From IMG/VR virus record IMGVR_UViG_3300027759_000045, positions 124,001 to 188,000 of that record: 64,000 nucleotides of DNA; one strand, 5' to 3'. A program made the translations under genes and the position numbers. Positions 48,701-56,523 of the stretch are shown here, in pieces. Under the pieces are notes generated by a model. It ran no database searches. It worked only from the letters and a program-made list of their open reading frames with translations, and was not told the origin of the DNA. Numbering within the stretch: position 1 is the stretch's first letter; every line of letters begins with the position of its first letter.

Positions 48701-51297
48701 TAACGCAGTGGCAATCCTAACACAGTGTCTGCGGCACCCTGGCCAGTGGCATAACTGAATAACTTACTGCCGACAAATGTAGAACTGGGGTACTTGGCAC
48801 GGTCGCTGAAACTAATTCCAGCAGAATCATACACATTAAACAATGGCGCTTGGTTCGTGGCTGTCTTTTGTTGTGCTCTAATCCAAGTAACACCATCATA
48901 ATAATAACTGGTTCCTTGTGTTGTTAGTCCGCTGAGTGTGACTACGGTTTGGTCAATCAACACAGTTGAGTCATCTGCAGGAACTAGATTAATGATAGGT
49001 TGTGCAATCAAGGGCGCCACAGTGTCAGGTATAATAAAATTTACAACGTAAACTTTATTTCTGACGTCTGGATCAGTGTCTGCTGCGAAAATAACACGGG
49101 TGCCGTTGACAAATTCGTATCCGTCAATGCCGTAGCCCAGTGATCCGTTGATGGTACTCAGTGCATCGGTGATATTGAAATCAACAATATTGACCGGAAG
49201 TTTTCCTTGTGTTCCAAAATCATATAATCGTGTTCCTGCATTGAATTCTATAATAGGACGTTTAGCACGTTGAGAGTTGCTTAAAATTGGTGTTGTGTTG
49301 TTATAAGCCGCAGATGCATTGATGATATCAATATGGAACCAGCGATTACTGCGTGTCCAGGCATTTAAATCTGGACTGGCACGTCCGATTGTGAGATACT
49401 CTGGAATCAGTGGTGAACTCAACGAAGCATCATAGTTTCCAACATCAAATGCTAGACTATCAAAAGGAATAGATTCATTTTCAGTGTATGGCTCGGGTGT
49501 AATAAAATCACTGACCAGTAGTAATCTAATAGCTGTGCCTACACCTTCAACATAGTATTCTTGATTTTCGTACTCAGCTGGTATTGTGCTGCCACGAAAT
49601 TGAACCTTGAGTCCATTGGTGAACACCACACCATTTGAACTGGTATAGTTGGGTTTTCCAATGATATCGTTGATGTATGTTGTGGTTGCATTGGTTTGAT
49701 CAAGTAAACGAATTTGTCCAAAAATTCCAGGGTCTGTGCCGTCTTGATAATACAATACATCTTTGATTGCTGTCAGCAACGGAATTTCTTCAAAGTACCC
49801 AGAAGCATCTTTATACCAACCAGTATTCGAATACTGTGTACCAAAGGCAATAGTAAACTTTTCTAACTCGGCCACCGGCAATACTGGATTTAATTGAATG
49901 TACTGCTGCCCTCCTGATGATGTCACGTATGTTATTTGCCATACACTGTAACGGTCAGACTGCGTGAGTGGAATTGCCTGTGCAAATGCTGTGCTATCAA
50001 AACTACCAATTCCTGTACCAGACGCAGGCAATGGATCAAATTGACTAACAACTTCCCACCCATCGTCGCCAGTGGTTGTGTTGAGGAATACTAGTGTGCG
50101 GCCATTTAAATTTGTAATTCCATCAATCCCCGACGGATACTCTGCAAAAAATTCAGAAAGAAAAACATTGTTGATCTGACTAAATGTCAGATTAGTGGCA
50201 AGGTCAACAGGAGCAATGCTAGTTAATCCATAGTAAAAACTCTGTGCAGTGGCAGCAGGAACACTGAATGTCACTGTTCCAAGATCTTCACCGTTGTTGG
50301 TTACACCCAACACATCTCTACTAGAAATGTTAGGTGCATAAGGCAGTACACCTTCGACGCCAGGATCAGTCTGAATCCAGAATCCAGGGCCTGTGCCCGG
50401 AGTTCCGTCAACAATTGTCAGCACGCCTTGCATGTTAAACTGCGTTTCACTTGCGTAGTACAAGGTGTCGGGTGCGTCTTGTGGAACGGTAAATGTAATG
50501 TTGCCAGTGTTTGCACCGTTGCGACTTACACCAGTATTGTATTGATCAATGCGGCCTTGCGACGGAGTTGTTTTAATCCAGAATGGTGATACTACACCAA
50601 GATTTAAATTGAACACATAGGTGTTGCCACGCACCAGTGTCAGTGATGGATTTGGCAAGTAATCAATAATGTATGCTGATGTTGTGGCCGCTGTTACACG
50701 ATAATTTACTGTTTCTGTTGCATTCTGTGCCACAGTAAATGTGTAGTTGCCGTTGCGCAATAGCGTAATTGTAGGATTACTGCCGGTATAGTTTGAAAAT
50801 GTATATACACCATTTTCTCTTGTGACAGTATAATCTGCAGTCAATGGAACTGCTGTACCACCTACATCAACTGACAACGGGCCACCGGGTAGCCAATAGT
50901 ATTGGCTGTAGTTTACAAACTTGTCCCAGTTAATCTGCGGATCCCAGGTATAGTATTCGCTGGTATAAAGTCGCTGGCTTTGATCAACAAACGCACCTTG
51001 TGTGCCCAACGCATCGGTAATGCCTGGATAGGTAACTGCGTCTTTGATCACTGTGGAATCAGTTTTTCTGAATACAACGCCAGGTTCTAATTGATAGTCT
51101 CGACGAGATTCAGTAGGTTCTACAACATATCTATCGTCGGCATTTACACCTGGTCCCACACGTCGTCCAACATATCCTTGTGTCTTTTTAAACTGCGGTT
51201 CTTGAACCAACTGGTCCAGGGTGGCAGCTAAAAATTGCTTGTTTGTGGAGGTTTGGAATATTTCTGGTAGAAAATCTACTGTTCTCACTGTGGCCAT
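36730..51297 (-). CDS. Giant 4855-aa virion structural protein (baseplate-associated, multidomain)
   Basis: Uninterrupted 14.6 kb ORF coupled to the gp6-like gene. It has FG-GAP-like repeats, NP.LTL.RG.TY.F modules, GSGY motifs and CBM-like W.PN..Y..G..V.Y motifs. Confidence 0.85.
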   Translation of the reverse strand: MATVRTVDFLPEIFQTSTNKQFLAATLDQLVQEPQFKKTQGYVGRRVGPGVNADDRYVVEPTESRRDYQLEPGVVFRKTDSTVIKDAVTYPGITDALGTQGAFVDQSQRLYTSEYYTWDPQINWDKFVNYSQYYWLPGGPLSVDVGGTAVPLTADYTVTRENGVYTFSNYTGSNPTITLLRNGNYTFTVAQNATETVNYRVTAATTSAYIIDYLPNPSLTLVRGNTYVFNLNLGVVSPFWIKTTPSQGRIDQYNTGVSRNGANTGNITFTVPQDAPDTLYYASETQFNMQGVLTIVDGTPGTGPGFWIQTDPGVEGVLPYAPNISSRDVLGVTNNGEDLGTVTFSVPAATAQSFYYGLTSIAPVDLATNLTFSQINNVFLSEFFAEYPSGIDGITNLNGRTLVFLNTTTGDDGWEVVSQFDPLPASGTGIGSFDSTAFAQAIPLTQSDRYSVWQITYVTSSGGQQYIQLNPVLPVAELEKFTIAFGTQYSNTGWYKDASGYFEEIPLLTAIKDVLYYQDGTDPGIFGQIRLLDQTNATTTYINDIIGKPNYTSSNGVVFTNGLKVQFRGSTIPAEYENQEYYVEGVGTAIRLLLVSDFITPEPYTENESIPFDSLAFDVGNYDASLSSPLIPEYLTIGRASPDLNAWTRSNRWFHIDIINASAAYNNTTPILSNSQRAKRPIIEFNAGTRLYDFGTQGKLPVNIVDFNITDALSTINGSLGYGIDGYEFVNGTRVIFAADTDPDVRNKVYVVNFIIPDTVAPLIAQPIINLVPADDSTVLIDQTVVTLSGLTTQGTSYYYDGVTWIRAQQKTATNQAPLFNVYDSAGISFSDRAKYPSSTFVGSKLFSYATGQGAADTVLGLPLRYLSINNIGDIVFDNNFYTDQFIYAEQNTSKTVNISEGYSYQYASRVVYERELGWKVAATPSLIRQQFQFTYDGSPLRFNINIPENTVVPPIQLFVANKYILPAEYTVTRTNATTTIVLNNIYTPGSIIEVRVLSTEPSDNGFYQVPINLANNPFNVNSPYFTLGTIRTHYESIAENLITFTGDINGANNTRDLGNIGRYGTTILEQSAPLTLAGFFMRSSEYNVFKSMEFNDREYTKFKNRLLENTIRGEWGNLTTSEILDSVVTDLNIGKTNVNSFYYSDMLPSGNVYTDTVYTVTPITVGIFDTLQTHSFTSANFLGLLVFLNNTLLTLNYDYTVATDGPTLTVTVPLAVGDVVTVREYADTAGNYVPNTPTKMGLYQAYKPEMFLDENYVNPTVVIRGHDGSITAAFGDMRDDILLEFERRIFNNLKTEGNPVPIPPEEVIPGYFRTTDYTQAEITTILGESFLTWVGQNKLDYKTQQYIANNPFTYNYSQAGDKEKDLPLLGAWRGISRYFYDTLSPNYTPWEMLGFSQQPAWWETRYGPAPYTQDNLVLWDDIQAGIVADPDGYYIKPDFVRPNLSTYFIPTGTEGQLLAPLDSVVGQYNPNAFRKSWVVGDGGPVEAAWWTSSSYPFAVMRLLALTRPAKFFSLFADRDLYKYSTEFEQYLYNGRYRLDASGVQVYGGNVNISTGVVTPVSKASYINWIVDYNQQLGINSTQALEEALANLDVRLCWRTASFTDKQYLKIYTERSSPNSLNSSLLLPDESYDLMLYKNSPFASVAYSAVIVQSTDTGYAVFGYSTTDPYFDIYASRASGELQTISAGGSTVRVPRQYTNDIVQVPYGFVFTNQSSVVDFLLSYGQYLTTQGLVFDTRENGYTLDWKQMASEFLYWANQGWAVNSLINLNPAALQLTADRPGAVVDSISVQNPENMLLDQNRTPFDARNLVIERLENRFTINGTNNQAISYVKLQFVNYEDIVILNNVSVFADLIYNPPTGARQNRVYVSAITTTEWNGTLNAQGFVLNRDNVKEWAPNIKYAKGEIVLYKNLYWSAQDIIQPKREFAYSDWVKSDYTKIQKGLLPNIANKADQLENSYNTQTANLEGDNDLLSFGLIGFQPREYMVALNLDDVSQVNLYQQFIGAKGTILSAELFTGARLEKESADYQIYENWAVLRGTYGANANRSYVELRLNEPLLQSDPATVQIIQPGESSLANQTVLLNDVWRESYKLTSPDFLPTTTTQITDTALPSAGYVNINDVDITVFSLDDPGTIAANLDTIGNGTKIWVAKTNSYDWNIYRATQVPGRITRVTDNLDGASLVSFTQIHNLSLGDILIVRFFNDAFNGVYRVLTTPTPTTLTVAYTFPNGNQTVITGSGIGFYLDTMRVAQASDIGTLSFANDLIPGAMAWVDNNGAGLWTVLEKQDVFAAGYALESTDPVLNSGYGSSVAQAYENIAALVGAPLYDSGVGAIYPYLRGQLNLYEASPLIQLGAADTAGYGSALDIGYQSWAIVGAPQSNSGAGYAVILYRAPASNEFLQTQLLIAPDYLTSAGSFGSAVAISRDERWAYIGAPDQDAVYAYGRVDLEIQEVTYIGNSATTTFNYSDNLVFDLVHPGQITVLVNNATQQYGVDYNLNSTSVIFTTPPLQDLPIVIIRNMLSSLDSNTYYDVEQDSTDGSGILAMFTVERIRGTYTPTITSRGAFYADGDTLTINAATIGGGTSPANDLIITVTAVDGLGAITEFTYSGAGISNTSVFDLSTTLYTATNLNSFNVKVSNVLQRPYLDYTFAGTTLTFVTVPAAGVKIDVETGSYFMYVETITGPAGSGFGTSVATATDGQQIVIGAPTDVNNSLINGSTYVYDRSVARYQVGIGETDVTTFALPAGYNTPVSVTLNNAFLTDADQILGGQFTVAGGNVILEDTVTLAVGDIIEIESNIFQLVQQITINTPFDQASFGSSVDLCSNNCSIYIGAPIDGTVLPGAGSVQRSVNQSRVYGVISSQIPNPVLTSGDTLRIDNYEIAIPASPNNTVAGLVTAINTANEGVGVPNVRASAAGDLFFVSNGAVKTYDIGVTYSKYAIYNPLVYVDNVVQIFNTDYTYNNSTGIISFITAPTAQSTIRVVQGILTLNVINSAAVLSNTRLTVLPGVVGTVFADFGFVDYVYTQTITSPAPTVDANFGAEVVIDTTATTLVVGAPRGNLYQPVTFDDNTTYFDDRSTVFSTVVVQSGVTYTFDYLPSATDSVTNPGQFVFGQQMYDNNIVELDQYGTAVSYVTGRLLIGSPGSDFGDSSNANYGRVSVFENANRTPAWTVKHVQQPVVDIALLNSVYMYDKLESTITSYLDFIDPLQGKILGVARENIDYIGAVDPANYNIGPIRNVGNPWAAARIGEIWWDTNSVRFIDPNQDDIVYASRRWSQTFPGSSVDIYQWIESDVTPAAYAGPGTPLSVLSYTARSELNTDNIFATRYYFWVRNISTVATVANKKLSTNAIANYIFNPRASGISYLAPLNASTVAIYNVISLISAQDTILHIEYDRIKNDDNVHQEYELIADGVADSFLSAGLYLKLQDSLSGINALGSQVPDPSLSPAERYGVEFRPRQSMFVDRFAALKNYFGYANRILANYPISETKSFTLLNSKDAEPTATQTYYAGTFNTGDTYTISYVGTTNFTAIGAASNTIGVLFVATGPGEGTGTATFVNWNSRVADLTELGYQNLSVVPYGYRYLVATDSSNFGFWTIYDVVTGPLVGSKELRLIRVQNYDTSRYWSYINWYTPGYNSTVNPVATVTNYAELSGITFTVAPVGSSVKVTNAPAGKFEIYQRTLTSWDRVGLEDGTIEFSATLWNYSLGNFGFDVEVFDAQYFDQEPVIETRKIVQAVNQQLFIDELAINRNRSLMLMFEFVMSEFSAPGWLLKTSLIDVNHKIRSLLPYQSYRQDNQDFVLNYIQEVKPYHVQIREFNLQYTGNDEYPGALTDFDNPAFFDETLTVPQFIAPVLLPYTQSTANSPTNPNADTASNAEIWAETPWADWYNNYTLTVQSVVITNTGSGYTVTPTITITGDAVIPAEMTAIVNSAGQIVSIDIVNYGSGYITTPIITFVGGNGSGATAAVVMGNDLVRQIKTTMKYDRYQYVSTIQEWQPNVTYEDGTQVRYANRVWQATSDDSFGVQSATFDPTNWTLVSASTLSGVDRTMGFYTPTVNQPGLSLPLLIDGVEYPGVQVFGVGYDQYPGFDVAPFDSTPFDNLTYGPEGRPTFDQSILDTIFESPYTDPYLGTRPTSINVEGGEYIDVFSSYAPEELVPGSEFDTLDMRVYTTPGADWARDGHGFRIEVRKFTVTSAGETLSFAGIAPVPATMLVANQTLGLNLIVDVDYTANWAEQTITLNSGVSVGSEIAITLYEIGGGNQLFKRSYNGAEIGSSVVVPVEYSLITQFVIFANGELTTDYTFVPYSTTSTEVVFAVPYSINDYLMISAIGPTTIDGTEIDYSWSVPVTQYITGVSGVLEYDLTNSMEYTNPDNIVVTFNGVRARTSAGIEYLADGTTDYLLPQRLGFSQSLIANNEVHVYVNNIPQVLGVDFVVEPYDPVTPRAVMFTETLTLGEKILIYVTTGTQASVVGTQLLFNTFTGMIPSNGDIIAVTSWNDTRQQDILTQVYVGPESGTALAVEPYDTTDYDVGLVTNESGSYDYSIVQSVTRNNLYLNRTILNPERLWVTLNGLQIFVNDGFTIVDNTIVLANGYVMSATDVVMITEFTDSIAPEAMAFRIFQDMRGVQATYRITPATTTYLVEPLSTTDDIIYVHNAAALNEPNLATNIWGLLTVNGERIMYRNRDTAANTVSGLRRGTAGTGVADHATDTDVYNIGRGNLLPPQFQNYIVSDSIIANGTDTIFYAPNITLTYDSAEGFDFLPYDVGTVTGEPGSYDYGAGDPTNQVEVYVGGIQLISGFSVISTNPVAVLFEVAPPEGVEVTILVRRGVTWYAPGAGTASNGVALQDTETQAARFLRGD

Positions 51298-54200
51298 TAA
51301 ATTACTCCGCTGCCAGGGGCAGTTCTAAGATTTGTGCTGGTCAATGCTTCTATTACCTGAATGTCTGCCACAGTGGCTGCGTTAACAAAAATTTGATTAG
51401 GTGCTGACCGTATTTCGTACAAGTCACCAAAACTCTTTTGTGGGCTTATTGGAACCAACACAACTGAACTTACCACATCGCCGATGTTTTGATGCAGGTA
51501 TCCGGATAGTTCTGAGAAGTAGAACGTATCGCCGAAATTCCAATTTTCAATTGCAAAATAACTGTTGATAAAGGACACCACCAAACTCTTTATTTCGCTA
51601 ACGGATGCTGTGGATCCACTGGCACGAATCACCTTAATAGTTGCACGTAGTTCTGGTGCGGCCTTGAGGCCAAACAATGGTTTAAAGTCAACTGAGTTAA
51701 TGATCATGTTGTCTGAAATCATTTTATAGTCTTGTAGTCCTGCATACTCAGTAGTTAGTGTATCTAAAGATGGTGGTTCTGGCTCTGGAACTGTTCCTGT
51801 TGAGTCTACAATGTAGTTTCTATATGCTGTGTAGTATGCCTGCGTGACCACATAGACATCGATAATGTTGGTTGATCCTGGATCAATACGATTGGTCAAC
51901 GAACTGTTGTGTCTGTATTGGAAAAACAGGTCTTGTCTGCCAACGCGAGTTATGTAATCACGTGTTGTTACCAGTTCAGTGGTGCCGGTGGCAGTCAACG
52001 ACAGGATATAAAATGCTGGCGATGTTGTGTATGACAGTGTTGTGGTATCGTAAACACCGTATGCATAGAACACTTGTCCAACTATGTACTGTGATTTTAC
52101 CACTTCGATGTCACTCTGGGTGGCATACTGAGAATTTATAACTCCAGGTTCTACCAATACGTACCGTTGTAGATTGTTAAAGTCGACAATTTGTTGAAAG
52201 AACACATTTTTAGTTGTGGGGTTCACAGTGGGTGCAACAATTGTGTCAAAGAAGTCTGGATCATCTGGGACGCCGTCGGCATCGTTGTCTTGCCAGGAAA
52301 CCAGCACTTGATAGTCATCAACATAGCCGTCTGGTTGAACTGGTTGGTCAATGATCCGCATGGAAACGTCGCTTTCAAGCGGTAAATTTGAGTCTGGTCT
52401 GCTGTTGGTTTTTAACACTTTGACAAAGTCACGGATGGTGGTTCCGGTACGACTATCATAAATTTGTTCGTCACCGTAGAAGAAGAAGCGTGTCTGTAGC
52501 ACACTGCCAAAATAATAGTTCAGCGCACGGCTTGTAACTGTGTACGATTCGCCGTCGGTTATAAACTGCAAGAACCAGCTGGCATCTAAGTTTGCGCCAG
52601 TGGTGTCACCTTCGTATGTTTGGCTCCAGGTAGCATCAATAGCAAGATTATTTGCAGTTATTAAATACCAGGTTTTGGTTAGATTATTATAACCCAGTCC
52701 AAAGTTACGATACAATTCAATCTGTGCGGCAGCACTGTTACGCACATCTGTTCCTAGGTCTGTTACAAACAATGGAATAACTTGACTGCATACTGCGCCA
52801 GTGGGCACAAAATTATTAAGCACCACAGGTCCAACTCCGTTGCTAAAATTGCCAAGACCTTGATTTGTTCCGTCATTGTATATTGCCATGGCTGACGCCC
52901 AGATTATTAACTTTTCATCTGCTCGAGTTGGTGTGCCCAACACTAATGTATTATTGGCATCAAAGTAATAGCCCGAAGGAGGAACAAACTTAATCAAACT
53001 GCCAGTTTGAACATATTGCATGTTATTGCTGGCGTATTGTCCAACTGGTACAGGATTTCCTGCAGAATTTTTAAAATAACCTGTTGTTTCATTGGCCAGA
53101 GTTGTGCTTTCGTTCCAGGTCACTGCCAGTGGCAACAACGACAGGCGAGGGAAATTAGCATAGTAAAATTGTTTAGCAGGACTGTTGGCCAAGTTGACTT
53201 CAACTTGATTGGTGAGAACATCACCAATTTCATTGGTTGTCAGCCACGTGAATAGGAACGTAGGCAACGCATTATATTCGTACAAGGCACCATCACTGGA
53301 GAATGTGTTGGTACTTGAATATTTTCCAGTATTGTCAACTAGGTCAAGGTATCGACTTGTGCCAATTGACGCACGGTTCAGTGCTTTAGATTTAATAATT
53401 GAATTGTACTGAGTGAACGGAAAGTTGTTGTAGTCCTCACCATTGACCATGCGATTCTGTGTGTAGTACCGGGCCGGTGCACGTTGCTTGATATCATCAA
53501 TGGTTTCGCGAGCAAGAGCATTGCTCACTGGCTCAGTGATACCACATGTCATTGTGAGTGTTTCTAGTTGTCCAGTACGGCTGACATAACTGATGCTCAA
53601 TAAAACATTTTGCATCTCTTCAGGATTGATAATGTACTGCAATCCGTTTGATGCACGAACATAAGCACGGAAAGTGCCAACAGGAATTTCTGAGAATACA
53701 CCATCACCAAAGTTCATGGTAATTTGATCATTGGCTCTGCTGGTAACCGAGTATATTGATCGTAGCGTTGTGAGCTGTTCGGCTGCGGCAGTGTACACAC
53801 TTTCAACAAACTCCCACTCACGACTTATGTTGCCCACATTGTCTAATTGATATAGCCAACGGTCAGTGTTATTGACGCCTTCAATATTGATGTTGACTGC
53901 ACGGTTAGAAATTCGTTCAGGCAAGTTAAAATCTTGGTTTTGTAGCACACCTTGTTTGAACAAGAAAAAGAATCCGGTGTTGGCAGAAGCAAATCCCAGT
54001 TGGTCATTACGAAACAACACATTAAATTGTCCGTTAGGACGTGGACTAGGTTCGTATACATAGCCGCGGCCACTGGCTGTGGCACTGACTGCTTCAAATG
54101 GCATGTTGACACCATCCACAACAGAACTGTAAGGGATCACCGGCAAGAAGCCTGGCAACAAGTTGATTGTGTATTCGTCTGTACGAATTCCGTTAATGGT

Positions 54201-54731
54201 AGTTCTGTTGCCAGGACGGCCTGTGCGTTGTGTGTTGACCAATGCGGCATTTAAGATAGCAGTAAATTGTTCTTGCCAGTCAAAGTTAGTTGGGTCGGCC
54301 CAGTTAACAGTGATATTGCTCAGGTTAATGCCGTTGTAGTCCACAATGTTTTCTGTGGTTTGAATTGAAAATACTTTAAGGTATCCAGATGCTTCTGTGT
54401 TACGCTTGGGAGTGTAGCTGACCAAATTGGCAAGTTTAACCACACTGTCACGACGTTCAGCAGTGTCTAAATAATTTTCACGTGTGTTGAGATCAGTACG
54501 GAAGGCCAGTGCTTGACCCATAAACGCCATCACATCTAGTAGAGCAATAAATTCACTTGACTCAATGTAATCGTTGAATGTTTCTGGATAGTACAGTCGT
54601 ATGTAGTCAACAAAACTCTTGCGAAGAGTTTCAAAGTCATAACTTTGGAAGTTGGCTTCTTGGTAGGTTTGATAGATTCTTTTCCAATCCTCAACACCAA
54701 ATACCGCAGTTTGTCTAGTAGTTTTTGCCAT
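51297..54731 (-). CDS. Baseplate wedge subunit, T4 gp6-like
   Basis: YDFETLR, ENYLDTAERRDSVVKLA..VSYTPKR, FGDGVF and ETIDDIKQRAP..Y.TQNRMV..EDY; adjacent to the gp25-like gene. Confidence 0.85.
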   Translation of the reverse strand: MAKTTRQTAVFGVEDWKRIYQTYQEANFQSYDFETLRKSFVDYIRLYYPETFNDYIESSEFIALLDVMAFMGQALAFRTDLNTRENYLDTAERRDSVVKLANLVSYTPKRNTEASGYLKVFSIQTTENIVDYNGINLSNITVNWADPTNFDWQEQFTAILNAALVNTQRTGRPGNRTTINGIRTDEYTINLLPGFLPVIPYSSVVDGVNMPFEAVSATASGRGYVYEPSPRPNGQFNVLFRNDQLGFASANTGFFFLFKQGVLQNQDFNLPERISNRAVNINIEGVNNTDRWLYQLDNVGNISREWEFVESVYTAAAEQLTTLRSIYSVTSRANDQITMNFGDGVFSEIPVGTFRAYVRASNGLQYIINPEEMQNVLLSISYVSRTGQLETLTMTCGITEPVSNALARETIDDIKQRAPARYYTQNRMVNGEDYNNFPFTQYNSIIKSKALNRASIGTSRYLDLVDNTGKYSSTNTFSSDGALYEYNALPTFLFTWLTTNEIGDVLTNQVEVNLANSPAKQFYYANFPRLSLLPLAVTWNESTTLANETTGYFKNSAGNPVPVGQYASNNMQYVQTGSLIKFVPPSGYYFDANNTLVLGTPTRADEKLIIWASAMAIYNDGTNQGLGNFSNGVGPVVLNNFVPTGAVCSQVIPLFVTDLGTDVRNSAAAQIELYRNFGLGYNNLTKTWYLITANNLAIDATWSQTYEGDTTGANLDASWFLQFITDGESYTVTSRALNYYFGSVLQTRFFFYGDEQIYDSRTGTTIRDFVKVLKTNSRPDSNLPLESDVSMRIIDQPVQPDGYVDDYQVLVSWQDNDADGVPDDPDFFDTIVAPTVNPTTKNVFFQQIVDFNNLQRYVLVEPGVINSQYATQSDIEVVKSQYIVGQVFYAYGVYDTTTLSYTTSPAFYILSLTATGTTELVTTRDYITRVGRQDLFFQYRHNSSLTNRIDPGSTNIIDVYVVTQAYYTAYRNYIVDSTGTVPEPEPPSLDTLTTEYAGLQDYKMISDNMIINSVDFKPLFGLKAAPELRATIKVIRASGSTASVSEIKSLVVSFINSYFAIENWNFGDTFYFSELSGYLHQNIGDVVSSVVLVPISPQKSFGDLYEIRSAPNQIFVNAATVADIQVIEALTSTNLRTAPGSGVI

Positions 54732-54750
54732 AATAATCCATCTTGTAGAT

Positions 54751-54758
54751 TATTTATG
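54751..54758 (-). promoter_or_regulatory. Putative late promoter CATAAATA
   Basis: Intergenic, 19 nt upstream of the gp6-like ATG. Confidence 0.6.
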
Positions 54759-54784
54759 GCGAAAATAAACCACCCAGTTTATGT

Positions 54785-55159
54785 TTAGACGTAGCCTGCA
54801 GTTTGATTTTGCTGATCAAAAAACAGTGATAAGAACTGTGTTGTTTGTCCCGGCACTGTGTTTACTGCAAGTTGTATGAGTATACCGTTGTCTTGTGGAA
54901 ATAGTTCAGCAGATTCAATATAGATTCTTGGGTCTAGGCCAGCCACACGTTGTATTTCTGCCAGTATTGCTCGTTCAGTGTCTTGTGTTTGATTTTCAAA
55001 CAGATAACTCCAAATCACTGTGCCGTATCCCGGACGGCCAACCAATTGCCCTTGCTGTATATTAAATGCATTCAACAAGTCGCGCTTGATCAATTCAAAG
55101 TCCACAAGTGTAAACTTCTTTGGCTGGTTGATTGTGTTGAATCCTACAAATGTTGTCAT
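54785..55159 (-). CDS. Baseplate wedge/sheath initiator, T4 gp25-like (GPW/gp25)
   Basis: LIKRDLLN...G....P.YGT.I...LFE...DPRI pattern. Confidence 0.85.
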   Translation of the reverse strand: MTTFVGFNTINQPKKFTLVDFELIKRDLLNAFNIQQGQLVGRPGYGTVIWSYLFENQTQDTERAILAEIQRVAGLDPRIYIESAELFPQDNGILIQLAVNTVPGQTTQFLSLFFDQQNQTAGYV

Positions 55160-55164
55160 AGTAA

Positions 55165-55171
55165 TATTTAC
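55165..55171 (-). promoter_or_regulatory. Putative late promoter GTAAATA, containing the upstream gene's TAA stop
   Basis: Lies 5 nt before ATG 55159, with no SD. Confidence 0.55.
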
Positions 55172-56523
55172 CCTAATCTAGATTTGATTGCAGCCAATGG
55201 ATCAGGCGATTGTCCTAGTCTTAGCAGTGTGTTTGAATCTGTTCCTGTATAAGGTAATTTACCCAGTGCACCGCTTATGGCACCGCCTGCGCCGGTTACA
55301 CTGCTTAGAGCAGATGTGGCGCCGCTTATGGCACCGTTTAGTGATGCTGTTACACTTCCTAGGCCGCCGGCACCAGACGCCCTGGCCAACAATCCGCCAG
55401 CATCTAGACCACCAGACAGCAAGCCTTTAGCTTTGCTTGCGGCATCAGTCAATGCAGATGTGTCAACTGCTTGTGGGCTGAAGTCTGGCAATCCTATTTT
55501 ATCACTGCCAACTAGTTTGGCAGTGGCCGCATTTAATGTAGACCTATCAATGGTTCCTTTGAATCCTGCGGCCGGAACAATGCCGGCCACTGCGGCCGGT
55601 AATTTAGTGTCGCTGAAATTAACTGCAAACTCTCCTTGTTTGGCCAGTGAGTCCATCTGAGTTGTCAGCCCAGATGTTAATTTACTGGCAGCGCCTCCGA
55701 GTGCTCCGGCGGCACCTCCAACTGCTCCGGATAATGCGCCTGTGGCACCACCAAGTGCTCCGGATAGTGCTCCGGTGGCACCTCCAAGTGCTCCACCAAT
55801 ACCTCCAGACAATACATTGGCTACACCCGATGCACCGCCAGATAGTGCTCCAGATATTCCTGCTATTGCACCAGTGGCGCCAGATGTAGTTTTGGCCCAT
55901 TCAACTGCTGTGCCAACTCCATATTTACTGGCATTGGCCAATAGTCCACCAAGTTGCGCTGTGCCGTTATTGGCCAATGATGAAACACTGCCAAGATTGC
56001 TGGTGATACCACCAAGTGCTCCAGATAATGCCCCAGTGGCACCTCCAACTGCTCCGGACAATGCGCTGGTGGCACCGCCAAGTGCTCCGGACAATGCTCC
56101 AGTGGCACTGCCGAGTGCTCCAGACAATGCGCCGGCGGCGCCGCCCAGGCCTCCTGCCAATCCGCCCAATGCCCCAGTGGCACTGCCAAGTGCGCCCGAT
56201 AACCCACTGGTTAAACTAGATAAGCTGCCAGAAGCCAGACTGCTCAATTCTTTGGGGAGTTCTACTAGACCGGCAGTGGGCGATATTAAACTTTTTCCAG
56301 CATTTGCAGCCGCATTATATAACAGGCCGGTTGGTGCTTTTAAATCTGTGCCAGGCGTTACAATTTCTCCAGTTTTGACCAAGGTGTCAAAACTAGATTT
56401 CATTAGGCCAAACTGTATTTTATCCTGCAGTGGAGGATTTTTTAACAGGTCGGTTACTGCAGACACTCCATCTTTGCCGGTCCATACACTGGGACTTTTT
56501 AATACATCAGTTAATCCAATCAT
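55168..56523 (-). CDS. Gly/Ala/Ser-rich low-complexity virion-module protein
   Basis: SPSVWTGKDG N-terminal domain followed by 11-aa GALSGALGGAT repeats; SD AGGA and ATGA overlap. Confidence 0.75.
   Translation of the reverse strand: MIGLTDVLKSPSVWTGKDGVSAVTDLLKNPPLQDKIQFGLMKSSFDTLVKTGEIVTPGTDLKAPTGLLYNAAANAGKSLISPTAGLVELPKELSSLASGSLSSLTSGLSGALGSATGALGGLAGGLGGAAGALSGALGSATGALSGALGGATSALSGAVGGATGALSGALGGITSNLGSVSSLANNGTAQLGGLLANASKYGVGTAVEWAKTTSGATGAIAGISGALSGGASGVANVLSGGIGGALGGATGALSGALGGATGALSGAVGGAAGALGGAASKLTSGLTTQMDSLAKQGEFAVNFSDTKLPAAVAGIVPAAGFKGTIDRSTLNAATAKLVGSDKIGLPDFSPQAVDTSALTDAASKAKGLLSGGLDAGGLLARASGAGGLGSVTASLNGAISGATSALSSVTGAGGAISGALGKLPYTGTDSNTLLRLGQSPDPLAAIKSRLG
55690..56205 (-). 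repeat. Two arrays of imperfect 33-bp tandem repeats encoding GALSGA[LV]G[GS]AT
   Basis: Visible in DNA (gtggcac...agtgctccgga.aatgc units) and in protein; ends are approximate. Confidence 0.85.

Noticed and set aside
55690-56205. 33-bp periodic repeats as a CRISPR array
   Set aside because: Imperfect, in-frame coding repeats with no unique spacers, and no cas genes in the window.
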